From contig CAVRCI010000008.1 in assembly GCA_963719495.1 (NCBI GenBank), forward strand, positions 1-64,000: a DNA stretch of 64,000 nt, in the 5' to 3' direction. The position numbers and the translations under genes are program-made. The stretch comes from an uncultured Verrucomicrobiae bacterium. Lineage in GTDB: Bacteria > Verrucomicrobiota > Verrucomicrobiia > Chthoniobacterales > JAATET01. The notes beneath the pieces are model-generated. The model did not search any database and was not told the DNA's origin. It saw only the letters and a list, made by a program, of their open reading frames with translations. Positions 10,153 through 19,582 of this stretch are shown piece by piece; position 1 is the first letter of the stretch; the number at the start of each line of letters is the position of its first letter.

Positions 10153-10383
10153 TTTGCACCTCTCACTAAAACGGGAATGCTGAGGGTCCACAACCTTCTC
10201 TCCGGCGGAGATTCTTGAACAGCCCGCGGGGGTGAAGCTCGCATCTCGTGCAGGAGTTGTGCCACGCGCACCGCTCCTTTTTTTATCTCCGGTGACGGTA
10301 ACCAACTCTTCACCGATCCAGACAGCCCAATGTCGCGACGCGTATTTTGAGATGAGTATTTTCTTCTGAACTTTTGATGGTCC

Positions 10384-10818
10384 ATGCACCTCAGCCAAAG
10401 TGATCGTTTGGCGGCAGGGGCCGAAAGGCAGCTGCCGGGATCTGTTTTCCATCACAGGGGCAGCTTTCCGCCGCACCTTCGGCCTCAGCTCGCTGGCAGC
10501 GAATGGGGTGCCATAGTCGTGCCGCTTTGTTGGGCGTTCGAGACAACGATAATTCGGAGACTCCAAACGATGTCACTCGATCCTGGCGGCCGGGCGCTGA
10601 AGGATTTTTTTGAGTGGTATGGCCGATTTGAACTCGACGAGCTGAAATCCAAAATTTCACCCATGGCGAAGGGAGAGGGCCGCCGAGGCTTGTGCTTCAT
10701 GGAGCGCACAGCAATCGTGCCGGCCGATGTCTGGGTGGAGAGGAAGCTGTGCCTTATGGGTGATTATGAGGTCCTCGACAGGCTCTGCGCCTCCGAAGAA
10801 ATGACTTGGATTCTGTAA
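10384..10818 (+). CDS. Hypothetical protein
   Basis: ORF followed by an intrinsic terminator; start uncertain. Confidence 0.4.
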   Translation: MHLSQSDRLAAGAERQLPGSVFHHRGSFPPHLRPQLAGSEWGAIVVPLCWAFETTIIRRLQTMSLDPGGRALKDFFEWYGRFELDELKSKISPMAKGEGRRGLCFMERTAIVPADVWVERKLCLMGDYEVLDRLCASEEMTWIL

Positions 10819-10840
10819 TCTGGCCGGGCATCACGCAGTG

Positions 10841-10872
10841 AAGGCGCGGGGATTTCTCCCCGCGCCTTTTTT
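10841..10872 (+). terminator. Intrinsic terminator
   Basis: AAGGCGCGGGGA-TTTC-TCCCCGCGCCTT followed by a T tract. Confidence 0.85.
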
Positions 10873-10904
10873 GTGCCAGCGATACTCTTGGTGTGAATGC
10901 CCCG

Positions 10905-12137
10905 TCAGCGCCTGAACTTCAGGTCTTCGTAATTGCGGTGGACGATGGGGAAAACGGCAGTGGCTCCCTGACGTTGTTCTTGGGAGAGTTTCTCGGCGGC
11001 CGCCAGAATACGCTCTGCCGTGGCACGCAGGCGCTGTTGGGCAATGGCATGGCTGATCCCGGCTTGGTCAAAAAAGAAGCTCCAATTCTTGGTTGCCAGT
11101 CGGCGTGGATCTCTTTCGCCGCCGAGTTTCATCGCCATATCACTGGCGAGGTCCGGATAGGCTTGCGTGCTGACCAAGTCGTAAAGCGGAGCCAGCCGAA
11201 TCGCGTTTTTCTCCCGCAGGAGGGAGAAGTTTTTGCCGTGGGCATCGTTGTTTCCGACCAGGACATTGAAGACCACTGCATCGAAGAGACGCAGTAGGTC
11301 CGGGCCGGGTATGGTTGATATGGAACGGACCAACTCGAAGCACTTTTTGAGGTTTGGGCCGCCCTCCTGCTGATACTTCAATTCGGGAGGGACGCCGAGC
11401 GCCTGACAGAAATCTTCCTGGTGAATACGTTCGAGCCGGCCATCTGAGAGCAGTAGCCGGTCATATCGCTTTACCTGAAGAAAACGAATCCTCCCCGCTT
11501 CTCCAATTTCGACCTCGGCCACCTCCAACCCCGCCTCGGCGGCCAGCTTCATGCAAAAATACTCGTTCTCAACCAAACCGGAGAAGTGTGGGTTCTGGGG
11601 CTTGAGAATGTGGCTGCTTGGGGAGCCGTCGAGCGGCAGGAAGACGCGCCCGTCGCTGATTTTGACGGCAAGCTTGCCTTGCGCACCGGCCAGGGAGAGC
11701 CGGATTCCTTTTTCGCCTGCGAGCAATGGCCGTCGGGGCAGGAGTCCCAGCCTCTCGGCCAATTCATCGGCATTGATTTCCTGATAGCTGGGCTGGGTCG
11801 TGACGGGAAGCTCTCCAGGCGGCAGAAGGCTGACGGCTCCGGCGCACTCGGCTCCGAGTCGGGCAAGGAGCGAAAAGTCATTCTCACTGCTGATCCCGAA
11901 TGCCTTGGCGATCAGCCGACGACTTTCTTCTTCCGGCAATACCCCGGCAAAGAATGGGCGGGTTTCATTCCGACTGAAGGGCTCGGGACGCAGCGGTAGA
12001 GAGGTCGAAAGGGGCATGGCATGCGGTGAATCCAACCACGCTTGGGAGTATTGGAAACGGGTATTACCGGATGCGTCCTGCTCAAGTTCGCCGACCAACT
12101 GCTGGCCGAGGAAGACGTTTAAGATTTGCCGTGCCAT
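10905..12137 (-). CDS. hipA: HipA family toxin (Ser/Thr kinase) with N-terminal Couple_hipA domain
   Basis: SLAGAQGK, HILKP, ENEYFCM, HQEDFCQALG, GNNDAHGKNFS, LAPLYD. Confidence 0.96.
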   Translation of the reverse strand: MARQILNVFLGQQLVGELEQDASGNTRFQYSQAWLDSPHAMPLSTSLPLRPEPFSRNETRPFFAGVLPEEESRRLIAKAFGISSENDFSLLARLGAECAGAVSLLPPGELPVTTQPSYQEINADELAERLGLLPRRPLLAGEKGIRLSLAGAQGKLAVKISDGRVFLPLDGSPSSHILKPQNPHFSGLVENEYFCMKLAAEAGLEVAEVEIGEAGRIRFLQVKRYDRLLLSDGRLERIHQEDFCQALGVPPELKYQQEGGPNLKKCFELVRSISTIPGPDLLRLFDAVVFNVLVGNNDAHGKNFSLLREKNAIRLAPLYDLVSTQAYPDLASDMAMKLGGERDPRRLATKNWSFFFDQAGISHAIAQQRLRATAERILAAAEKLSQEQRQGATAVFPIVHRNYEDLKFRR

Positions 12138-12139
12138 AA

Positions 12140-12349
12140 CTATCGCTGATCCCGAGGCTGAAGCACCGGATCGATGCCGAGGTTCTCCAAGACCTTGAAA
12201 GTCTTGCCCAAGACGCAGGTCTCCTTGCCATTTTCAAGATCACTGATGAACCGGATGCCGGTTCCCGAAACCAACGCCAGATCGGCTTGTTTCATTCTCA
12301 GGCTCTTCCGGCGGTCTCTGACAATTTTTCCAAGTTCTTCAATGGTCAT
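12140..12349 (-). CDS. hipB: HipB-like HTH antitoxin
   Basis: 69-aa Xre HTH (QADLALVSGTGIRFISDLENGK) 2 nt upstream of hipA. Confidence 0.93.
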   Translation of the reverse strand: MTIEELGKIVRDRRKSLRMKQADLALVSGTGIRFISDLENGKETCVLGKTFKVLENLGIDPVLQPRDQR

Positions 12350-12355
12350 TTGATT

Positions 12356-12467
12356 TTCCCGATCGGGAATATAACGGATTGCGTTGGTGTTTCAATGTGA
12401 TTATGCCCGATCGGGAATAATCTTAGCATTTAGAGTGATTGCAGAAGTATATATTCCCGATCGGGAA
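12356..12467. promoter_or_regulatory. Three palindromic hipBA operators TTCCCGATCGGGAA
   Basis: Copies at 12356-12369, 12404-12417 (1 mismatch) and 12454-12467, directly upstream of hipB. Confidence 0.85.
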
Positions 12468-13480
12468 TGTCTGGGGTTCATACTTCTCCTCATCGTAGTG
12501 AAGTCTTCCGGGCTTTCCTTTAGCAGGTGATTGATCGGCGAGGGCCTCGACGGTAGAAGGATAATGCCTCCAGAAGAGTTTGCAGTCGGAAGGCCGTGCG
12601 GCGTTCAAGTAATTGGCTTTGATGACAGCTTCTGAGTTTCCTGCCTCCGTAGCGGTGAGGGCCGTGCCTTTGTGGAGGGCGACGTCATATGTTGAAAAAC
12701 AATGGCGCATCGCGTTCATGGGCCACTGCCCCGAACCGAAACCGGCCCCAACGGCAATCTTTCGCAAAGCCAGTTGCCATGCAGCTTCGCGATCGTTGCG
12801 ATTCGGGAAAGCTCTGAAAGCTAGTTCCCCAGGATCTATTGCGCCTCTGATTGATTCCAGCCAAGCTCCGAGCACAGGTTCGATGGAGACAGCATCCTTT
12901 CCTGCCGGTTTCGCGAGCATTTTCGTCACGTCTTCAGGCGTGATCTCAACAACCCGCTTGTCCAAAACCCCGGGACCATCCGTTCAACAACCTTGCCTGT
13001 TTGCGGGTTCAATTTCTTTTCCGTGTATCCGCTCCAATACAACGTGAGCTTGGACTCGGTATCCCTCACGTGCCGGTCCCCGAGTTGCTCGGCCTGTTGT
13101 TCTGCCTTCAGAGCCGCGATGGCTTCGGCCATGGTCTTTCCGTCCTTAGGGGCGTCCAGCTTCGCCACCCAGGCTTCCACAGCTTTTAGGATGCCTGGCC
13201 TGCCCGCCTGTATTGCGAGGGCAAGCCGTAATTCAGAGAGAGTCTCGACCGAGAGCCCATGCTTAACAGCTTCGGGTGCCTTTTTTTTCTTGAGGTTCTC
13301 CAGTCCCTCGACGAACCACGCTTCTGCCTTTGCGCGGGTCGGAAAGGCCTTTTTCCTGGAACCTTCGCCGAGAAAAACAGGAGGTAGGCGGGCGCGATAA
13401 AAGGTCGTGCCTTTGTAGCGCTCCTCGCTGATTCCAGCTCCGGCTGGTAAAGATCTCTTTCGGGGCGTTTCGCGGCAGTT
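12423..13480 (-). pseudogene. Integrase pseudogene (no start, frameshift ~12965, internal deletion)
   Basis: N-terminal frame LPAGAGISEERYKGTTFYRARL...AFPTRAKA parallels the intact integrase; C-terminal NAMRHCF, GNSEAVIKANY; catalytic-Arg segment missing. Confidence 0.85.
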
Positions 13481-13552
13481 TCCTCAGATCAAATTCAATG
13501 GGACGCAATATTACCAAAATCTTCCCAAGTTTCAGTTTTTCTCTGTAACTTG

Positions 13553-13609
13553 ACGGACTCGAGATCCGTTTCTGGCGACGGAGTGCGGGTTCGAGTCCCG
13601 CCGCCGGTA
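13553..13609 (+). pseudogene. tRNA-Leu 3' half (att junction)
   Basis: ACGGA-CTCGAGA-TCCGT, variable arm, T-arm, and CGCCGGT-A complementary to 9900-9906. Confidence 0.92.
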
Positions 13610-13620
13610 GTTTTTCCGCC

Positions 13621-15105
13621 CTATTCCGGGACGAGTCGGACGATCTGACCGGGTTGGCCGCGGTCGCCGCTGGCATCGTTGATCACCACGTAGGGGTGGC
13701 CGTCTGTTCCGATCGTGACGTCGCGGACGCGCCCCAAGTCTTTCAACAACACCTCTTGGGAAACGACCCGATCGCCCTCGAGGACCACGCGGCGGAGGTC
13801 GCGGGTGGCGAGTCCGCAGACGAGGACGTTGTCTTTCCAGGTCGGAAACACGTCGCTGTCGAGGAAGGCCATCCCGCAGACGCCGAGCGATGGGAGCCAG
13901 TAGGTGGCGGGGTCCTGAATGTCGGGCGCGGTGGTCTGGCTCGTGATGGGGGTGCCGTTGTAATTCATGCCGTAGGTGGCGACGGGCCAGCCGAAATTTT
14001 TGCCGACCCGAATGAGATTCAGTTCGTCGCCGCCGCGGGGGCCGTGCTCGGTTTCCCAGAGTTGGTCGGTGCCGGGTCGTCCGGCGAGGCCCTGCGGGTT
14101 GCGGTGGCCGTAGCTCCAGATCGAGGGATAGTCTCCCTCGGGAAATGGATTGTCGGCGGGGATGCGACCGTCGTCGTGGAGGCGGTGGATCTTGCCGTTC
14201 GGTTTCGAGAGATCCTGGGCCATGTCCTGCTGGCCGCGGTCGCCGATGCCGAAGAAGACGTAGCCGTCGCGGAAGACGAATCGGGAGCCGTAGTGGTGGG
14301 CGGCCCCGGCGAAATCGTCGGGCTTGGCGTGGAAGATGTCTTCCTGGTCAACCCATTGGCCGTCGCGGATGCGACCGCGAACGACGGCGGTCATGCTGGT
14401 GACCGGGTCGGTGTCGGTGGGTTCGGAGTAGCTGAGGTAGATCCAGCCGTTTTGCTCGTAGTCGGGATGGACGCCGACGTCGAGGAGACCGCCCTGACCG
14501 TCGTGGCGGACCGTCGGTGTGCCCTGGATCGGTGGTCCGAGTGCGCCATCCTCGAAGCGGCGAAGCTGGCCGCTCCGCTCGGTGGCGAGAAACTGGCCGC
14601 CGGGAAGGAATTCGATTGCCCAGATCTCGGAGTCGGAACTCGCGACCGACTCGGCGCGGAACGAGACGCCGCCGACCTCGAAGACCGTCTCGTCCGACCA
14701 ATCGTCGGGTTCGACGGTGGGAGGTTGGCGGTCGTGGATCTCGCGTTCTTCGAGGATGTAGATGGTGAGGGCGCGGATCTCGTCGGCGGAGAGGGTGTCG
14801 CCGTAGGCCGGCATGCCGACGTCGGTGGCTCCGTGGGTCGTGACGCGGGTGATCGATTCGGCGTCGCCGCCGTGTTGCCAGGGGCCTTCGAGCAGGGATC
14901 CACCGAGGCCGCCTTCGAGTTGGGCACCGTGGCAGCTGGCGCAGTGTTCCCGGTAGACGTCGACGACCGTACCCGTCCCGATCTTCGATTGGGCGAGGAG
15001 GCTGGGCGTGAGAAGGAAGGTGAGGGCCAGCGAAATCCAGATGCGTATCACGGTGGGGAGGTTGCCACCGTCGAGGGTCGAGGCAAAGCGGTTTTCGCGG
15101 GCCAA
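13621..15105 (-). CDS. PQQ-dependent sugar dehydrogenase (GSDH/YliI type) with N-terminal cytochrome c
   Basis: Signal peptide, CASCH, GQGGLLDV, GHRNPQG, EHGPRGGDELN; true start probably GTG ~15051. Confidence 0.92.
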   Translation of the reverse strand: MARENRFASTLDGGNLPTVIRIWISLALTFLLTPSLLAQSKIGTGTVVDVYREHCASCHGAQLEGGLGGSLLEGPWQHGGDAESITRVTTHGATDVGMPAYGDTLSADEIRALTIYILEEREIHDRQPPTVEPDDWSDETVFEVGGVSFRAESVASSDSEIWAIEFLPGGQFLATERSGQLRRFEDGALGPPIQGTPTVRHDGQGGLLDVGVHPDYEQNGWIYLSYSEPTDTDPVTSMTAVVRGRIRDGQWVDQEDIFHAKPDDFAGAAHHYGSRFVFRDGYVFFGIGDRGQQDMAQDLSKPNGKIHRLHDDGRIPADNPFPEGDYPSIWSYGHRNPQGLAGRPGTDQLWETEHGPRGGDELNLIRVGKNFGWPVATYGMNYNGTPITSQTTAPDIQDPATYWLPSLGVCGMAFLDSDVFPTWKDNVLVCGLATRDLRRVVLEGDRVVSQEVLLKDLGRVRDVTIGTDGHPYVVINDASGDRGQPGQIVRLVPE

Positions 15106-15126
15106 TGGCGCCCGCCGCCGGACTGG

Positions 15127-15702
15127 TCAGTTACGCCGATTGGCGATGATGCTGATGAACTTGACCGGGAGGTGCGAGACGCCGACGGGGCCGTGCTGGT
15201 GGCTGCCGTCGAAGAAGAGGCTGTCGCCCTCGGCCATGATGTAGGTCTGGTCGCCGTGGCGATAGAGCATGGTGCCGGAGAGGATGAAGAGAAACTCGTG
15301 GCCCGCGTGTTGGAAGATGTTCTTCTCGGGGTCGGTGATCTCCTTGTCGATCGTCATGAGCGACGGCTCGAAGGCTTTCTGGAAGGGAAGGCCGTAGGCG
15401 AGGGCGCGGTAGGAATGGCCCTCCTTGGTGCCGCGACCGACGATTTCCTTCTGGTCGCTGGCGCGGATGAGAACGGCGTGGACGTCACCGCGTTCGTCGT
15501 CGAAGAGTTTCCCGACGGGAACTCCGAGAGCGTGGGCGATCCGGGTGAGGGTCGAGACGGGGCTGCTGACCTTGCCGTTTTCGATCTTGGAGAGCTGGCC
15601 TTTGGTGAGGTTCACCTCGCCGGCGAGCTGAGCGAGCGTGACATCGCGTTCGGCCCGGTAGGCGCGGATGCGTTTTCCAACTTGCTGCTCGACGGTATCC
15701 AA
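15127..15702 (-). CDS. XRE-family regulator with cupin domain
   Basis: LSKIENGK HTH; HAGHEFLFILSG...H cupin. Confidence 0.92.
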   Translation of the reverse strand: MDTVEQQVGKRIRAYRAERDVTLAQLAGEVNLTKGQLSKIENGKVSSPVSTLTRIAHALGVPVGKLFDDERGDVHAVLIRASDQKEIVGRGTKEGHSYRALAYGLPFQKAFEPSLMTIDKEITDPEKNIFQHAGHEFLFILSGTMLYRHGDQTYIMAEGDSLFFDGSHQHGPVGVSHLPVKFISIIANRRN

Positions 15703-15802
15703 AGTGGGGGAGGTTTAGGTCGGATTGGACGGTTCCGCCAGCAAAATCAAGTGATCCGGCGGACCTGCGTCCGCGTGAGCGACGGGGATCGTTTTGTAGG
15801 GC

Positions 15803-17341
15803 ATGGCAGGTCGCACGATTTGGATTCTGGGAGATCAATTGACCCACTCGCACCCGGCGCTCCGGACGGGTAAAAAGGCGGCGGACCGGGTGGTGCTGAT
15901 CGAATCGCGGAAGCGCGGCGGGCACGTGCGGTATCATCGCAAGAAATTGGTGCTGGTCTACGCGGCGATGCGGCACTTCGCGGCGGAGTTGGAATCGGCG
16001 GGCTGGCGGGTGGATTACCACCGGCTGGCGGACACGGAGGATTTCGCCGAAGCGTGGGAGCGGCAGACTTCGGCGGGGGAGGGCGGGGTCGGTGAAGTCG
16101 TCATGATGGAGCCGAGCAATTTCTTCGAGCGGAAAGCGGTCGAAGCGGTGGGTCGGAAATTCGAGTTCAAATTATCGTTCCTGCCGACGGTGATGTTCGT
16201 GGTGAGTCGCGACGATTTCCGCGAGTGGGCGTCGGGGCGGAAAAAGCTGCGGATGGAGGACCACTATCGACGGGTGCGGGAGGAGCTCGAGATCCTGGTC
16301 GACGCGAAGGGTGAGCCCGAGGGCGGGCAGTGGAATTTCGACCACGACAACCGGGAGACCTTCAGCGCGTGGTCGAAGGACGAGGCGGTGGCGGCTCCGG
16401 AGCGGCTTGGCGTCGAGCCCGACGATGTCACGCGCGAGGTGATGGAGGAGGTCACGAAATATTTTCCGGATGCGCCGGGATCGGTCGAGGGATTCTGGGT
16501 GCCGGTGACGCGGGACGGGGCTCGGGAGTGGCTGCGGGGGTTCGTGGCGGAGCGGCTGGGGAATTTTGGAAACTATCAGGACGTGATGGTCGCCGGGGAG
16601 CGGACGCTGTTTCACTCGGTCGTCTCGCCGATGGTGAATCTCGGGCTGCTGCTGCCGATGGAATGCGTGGACGCGGCGGTCGCGGCCTACCGGGACGGCG
16701 AGGCTCCGCTGGCGGCGGTGGAGGGATTCGTGCGGCAGATCGTGGGGTGGCGGGAGTTCATCAACGGCGCTTACTGGCTACGAATGCCGGGATACGTCGA
16801 GCTGAACGAGCTGGGGGCGGACCGGGCGCTGCCGGAGTTTTTCTACGACGGGGAGACGGACCTCCAGTGTCTCCACGAGACGATCACGCAGGTCGTCGAG
16901 ACCGGCTACAACCACCACATCCAGCGGCTGATGATCCTGGGGAATTTCCTGCTGCTCGCGGGGGTGCGGCCGGACGAAGCGCTGCGGTGGTTCACGGAGA
17001 TGTATCTCGACGCGCACGAGTGGGTGATGGCGGCGAACGTGATCGGGATGGCGCTGCACGCCGACGGTGGCTTCATGGCCAGCAAACCCTACGCGGGGGC
17101 GGCGTCCTACATTTCGAAGATGAGTAACTACTGCGCGGATTGCGTCTACGATCCGAAGAAGAAGGACGGCAAGGGGGCGTGCCCGTTCAACCTGCTGTAT
17201 TGGAATTTCTACGACCAGCACGCCGAGCGGTTCGTGAAAAATCCGCGCACCGCGATGATGGTCCGCAGCTGGCAGAAACGGGACGCGAAGACTCGAGGGA
17301 AGATCGTCGGCGAGGCTCGGGCATTTTTGAATGGTTTGTAA
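15803..17341 (+). CDS. FeS-type bacterial cryptochrome/(6-4) photolyase family protein
   Basis: ILGDQL, GGQWNFDHDNR, RQIVGWREF, HHIQRLM, SNYCADC, ACPFN. Confidence 0.93.
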   Translation: MAGRTIWILGDQLTHSHPALRTGKKAADRVVLIESRKRGGHVRYHRKKLVLVYAAMRHFAAELESAGWRVDYHRLADTEDFAEAWERQTSAGEGGVGEVVMMEPSNFFERKAVEAVGRKFEFKLSFLPTVMFVVSRDDFREWASGRKKLRMEDHYRRVREELEILVDAKGEPEGGQWNFDHDNRETFSAWSKDEAVAAPERLGVEPDDVTREVMEEVTKYFPDAPGSVEGFWVPVTRDGAREWLRGFVAERLGNFGNYQDVMVAGERTLFHSVVSPMVNLGLLLPMECVDAAVAAYRDGEAPLAAVEGFVRQIVGWREFINGAYWLRMPGYVELNELGADRALPEFFYDGETDLQCLHETITQVVETGYNHHIQRLMILGNFLLLAGVRPDEALRWFTEMYLDAHEWVMAANVIGMALHADGGFMASKPYAGAASYISKMSNYCADCVYDPKKKDGKGACPFNLLYWNFYDQHAERFVKNPRTAMMVRSWQKRDAKTRGKIVGEARAFLNGL

Positions 17342-17410
17342 CGGTATTAGGCTTGATTCAAGGCGGGAGAGACTGATAACCCCCTCGCCGAACCCATTTT
17401 GGCCTGATCG

Positions 17411-17938
17411 ATGCGTAAATTTTTGTTGATGCTCCTGGCGGTCGGGTTGGGATTTGGAATCTACGAGTTCTACTTGAAGGAGGTGGTGTCGCCACCTCCG
17501 GCGCCGGTGGCGCGAGTCTCGCCGAAGAGCGCCGTCGAGTCGGCGCTGGCGAGCGGATCGATCGCGGCGGCGAGTCTGGCCGCGCTCGAGGCGAAGTATC
17601 CCCGCGAGGTGCTCAAGGGTTTGGACAACCGGCTGTTGAGGATCACGGGCGACATCGCGAAGCTGCGCGTGACGGGGATTGCGCGGGATACGGCGGAGAT
17701 CACCTTCGAGACGCCGACGTCGCGCGGCGTGCGGCTCGAAATCGATCTGAACAAGTTCCAACCGATCCGCAACGTCCGGCAGACCCGCCTGCGCTACGAG
17801 ATCCTGGGAGGCGAGCTGATCGTGACGGATCCCCAGTCCCGCCAGATCGAGATTCTCTTCCGCGAGGGTCAGTCGCTGAGTCAGCGGGCGCGGTTTTCGA
17901 ATTCCGGTGCGGCCGACCTGATTTTCAAGACGGAGTAG
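17411..17938 (+). CDS. Hypothetical membrane-anchored protein
   Basis: N-terminal hydrophobic anchor, host codon usage. Confidence 0.75.
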   Translation: MRKFLLMLLAVGLGFGIYEFYLKEVVSPPPAPVARVSPKSAVESALASGSIAAASLAALEAKYPREVLKGLDNRLLRITGDIAKLRVTGIARDTAEITFETPTSRGVRLEIDLNKFQPIRNVRQTRLRYEILGGELIVTDPQSRQIEILFREGQSLSQRARFSNSGAADLIFKTE

Positions 17939-17981
17939 TCGCCGGGTTGAGTTTCGAGGTTGGTCGGTTTAGATCTCGGGG

Positions 17982-18548
17982 ATGAAGCGTTTGATTTTTG
18001 CGGCGAGTTTGGTCCTGGCGGTCGTGCCGGGGATGCGGGGGCAGACTGCGGGGGACTTGGTGGTGCGGGCGGCGGATCCGGTGGAGTTCCGAGTGGGGGA
18101 ATTCGCCTTCGAGCGACCGGCCGAGTGGGGTTGGGTTGTGCCGGATTCGGCGATGCGGAAGGCGGAATTGTCGGTGCCGGGTGGCGGCGACGTGACGTTC
18201 TTTTTCTTCGGGCCGGACCAGGGTGGGTCGGTCGAGCAGAACATCCAACGGTGGGTGAATCAATTCGAAGGCGGGGCGGAGGGAAGCCAGGCGATGCGGC
18301 GGGAGGAGACCTTCGCCGCGACGAAAGTGAACTTCGTCACGGCGGCGGGGACGTTCCAGAGTGGGATGCCGGGTGGGCCGACGACGCCCGAAGCCGACAC
18401 CGGGTTGCATGGGGCGATTCTCCAGGGAAAGGGTGGCAACGTTTTCGTCAAAATGACCGGGCCGAAGCAGGCGGTCGAGGCGGCGACTCCGGCTTTCGAG
18501 GCAATGATCGCCGACGCGGCGGGCGCGACGAGCTCGGAAGCCGAATAG
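17982..18548 (+). CDS. Hypothetical exported protein
   Basis: Signal peptide; GGSVEQNIQRWVNQF and FVKMTGP motifs. Confidence 0.8.
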   Translation: MKRLIFAASLVLAVVPGMRGQTAGDLVVRAADPVEFRVGEFAFERPAEWGWVVPDSAMRKAELSVPGGGDVTFFFFGPDQGGSVEQNIQRWVNQFEGGAEGSQAMRREETFAATKVNFVTAAGTFQSGMPGGPTTPEADTGLHGAILQGKGGNVFVKMTGPKQAVEAATPAFEAMIADAAGATSSEAE

Positions 18549-18662
18549 GCCGGACCGCACGGGATCGCGTTTCGAAGGCGGGACGGCGGGTGGAATGCGC
18601 GCTCCGCGCGGGTTGGGTGGGGGAGAAGGGGCGCTCGGCTTGAAGTGGCGGGTGAGCGTCGT

Positions 18663-19544
18663 TCAGTCCAGGTGGCCGCTTTGTCTGAGGGCGGTGACGA
18701 TCTCGGCGGCGGCGGTGCTGCGGTTGAGGGCGTAGAGGTGGATGCCGGGGCTGCCGCCTTCCAGGAGCTGGCGGCAGAGGTCAATGGTGTAGGCCATGCC
18801 GCGTTTGCGCATTTCGACGCGGTTGTCGGCGACGGGCTCCATGAGGTCGCGGAGGACGTCGGGGACTTCGGCCTGGCACATCTTGCAGAATCGGGTGAGC
18901 GCGCCCCAGTCGATGACGGGGAGGATGCCGGGGAGGATGCGGGCGGGGCGGCCGAGGCGGGCGGTGATGTCCTCGACGAGCCGGGTGTAGAGGTCGGCGC
19001 TGAAGAAGCACTGGGTCATGGCTCCGATGGCGCCTTTTTCGAACTTGCGTTGGAGGTTGTCGAGGTCGGCTTCGCGGGAGGGGGCGTCGGGGTGGGATTC
19101 GGGGAAGGCGGCGCAGAGGACGGCGAAGCGGCCGTCGGCTTGGATGAGATCGATGAGGTCGGTGGCGTATTCGCAGCCGCCGTCGGTGGGGGTGAAGCGG
19201 TCCTGGCCCTTGGGCGGGTCGCCGCGGAGGGCGAGGAGGTTTTCGATGCCGTGGCCGTGGTATTCGTCGAAGAGGTCGCGGAGTTCGGCCTTGGTGGCAT
19301 TCACGCAGGTGAGGTGGGCCATGGCGGGGATGCCGGCGTTTTTGGCGATGTGCTCGATGACTTCGCGGGTCTTCTCGCGGGTGCCGCCGCCGGCTCCGTA
19401 GGTGACCGAGACGAAATCGGGGCCGAGGGGGACGAGTTGATCGATGGTGTCCTCGAGGGTGTGCCAGCCGCGTTCGTTTTTCGGCGGGAAAAACTCGAAG
19501 GAGAGGGTGCGGGGCTTTTGGGCGAAAAGGTCGTCGAGGCGCAT
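18663..19544 (-). CDS. metF: 5,10-methylenetetrahydrofolate reductase
   Basis: SFEFFPPK, SVTYGAGG, AHLTCV, LALRGDPP, HLYALN. Confidence 0.96.
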   Translation of the reverse strand: MRLDDLFAQKPRTLSFEFFPPKNERGWHTLEDTIDQLVPLGPDFVSVTYGAGGGTREKTREVIEHIAKNAGIPAMAHLTCVNATKAELRDLFDEYHGHGIENLLALRGDPPKGQDRFTPTDGGCEYATDLIDLIQADGRFAVLCAAFPESHPDAPSREADLDNLQRKFEKGAIGAMTQCFFSADLYTRLVEDITARLGRPARILPGILPVIDWGALTRFCKMCQAEVPDVLRDLMEPVADNRVEMRKRGMAYTIDLCRQLLEGGSPGIHLYALNRSTAAAEIVTALRQSGHLD

Positions 19545-19582
19545 GGGATGGTGAGGATACGATTGTCGGCGAGTTTGGGCAA

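Larger units (their letters stand above)
9942..13552. mobile_element. Decayed integrative element (element 2) splitting tRNA-Leu; carries tRNA-Leu, hipBA and an integrase pseudogene
   Basis: Bounded by complementary tRNA halves sharing ACGGACT-N-ATCCG; TGTCCAAA(TA) direct repeat at 10003-10020. Confidence 0.85.

Noticed and set aside
10230..10385. Small minus-strand gene (ISKYASRHWAVW...KGAVRVA)
   Set aside because: Needs a frameshift and has no recognisable function; too weak to call
9931..13564. Group I intron in tRNA-Leu(UAA)
   Set aside because: Anticodon arm is duplicated at both ends rather than cleanly interrupted; the insert holds integrase/TA genes and no intron core was recognised
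13553..13609. tRNA-Ser(CGA)
   Set aside because: No 5' half or D-arm; discriminator A and stems match the Leu 5' half at 9900
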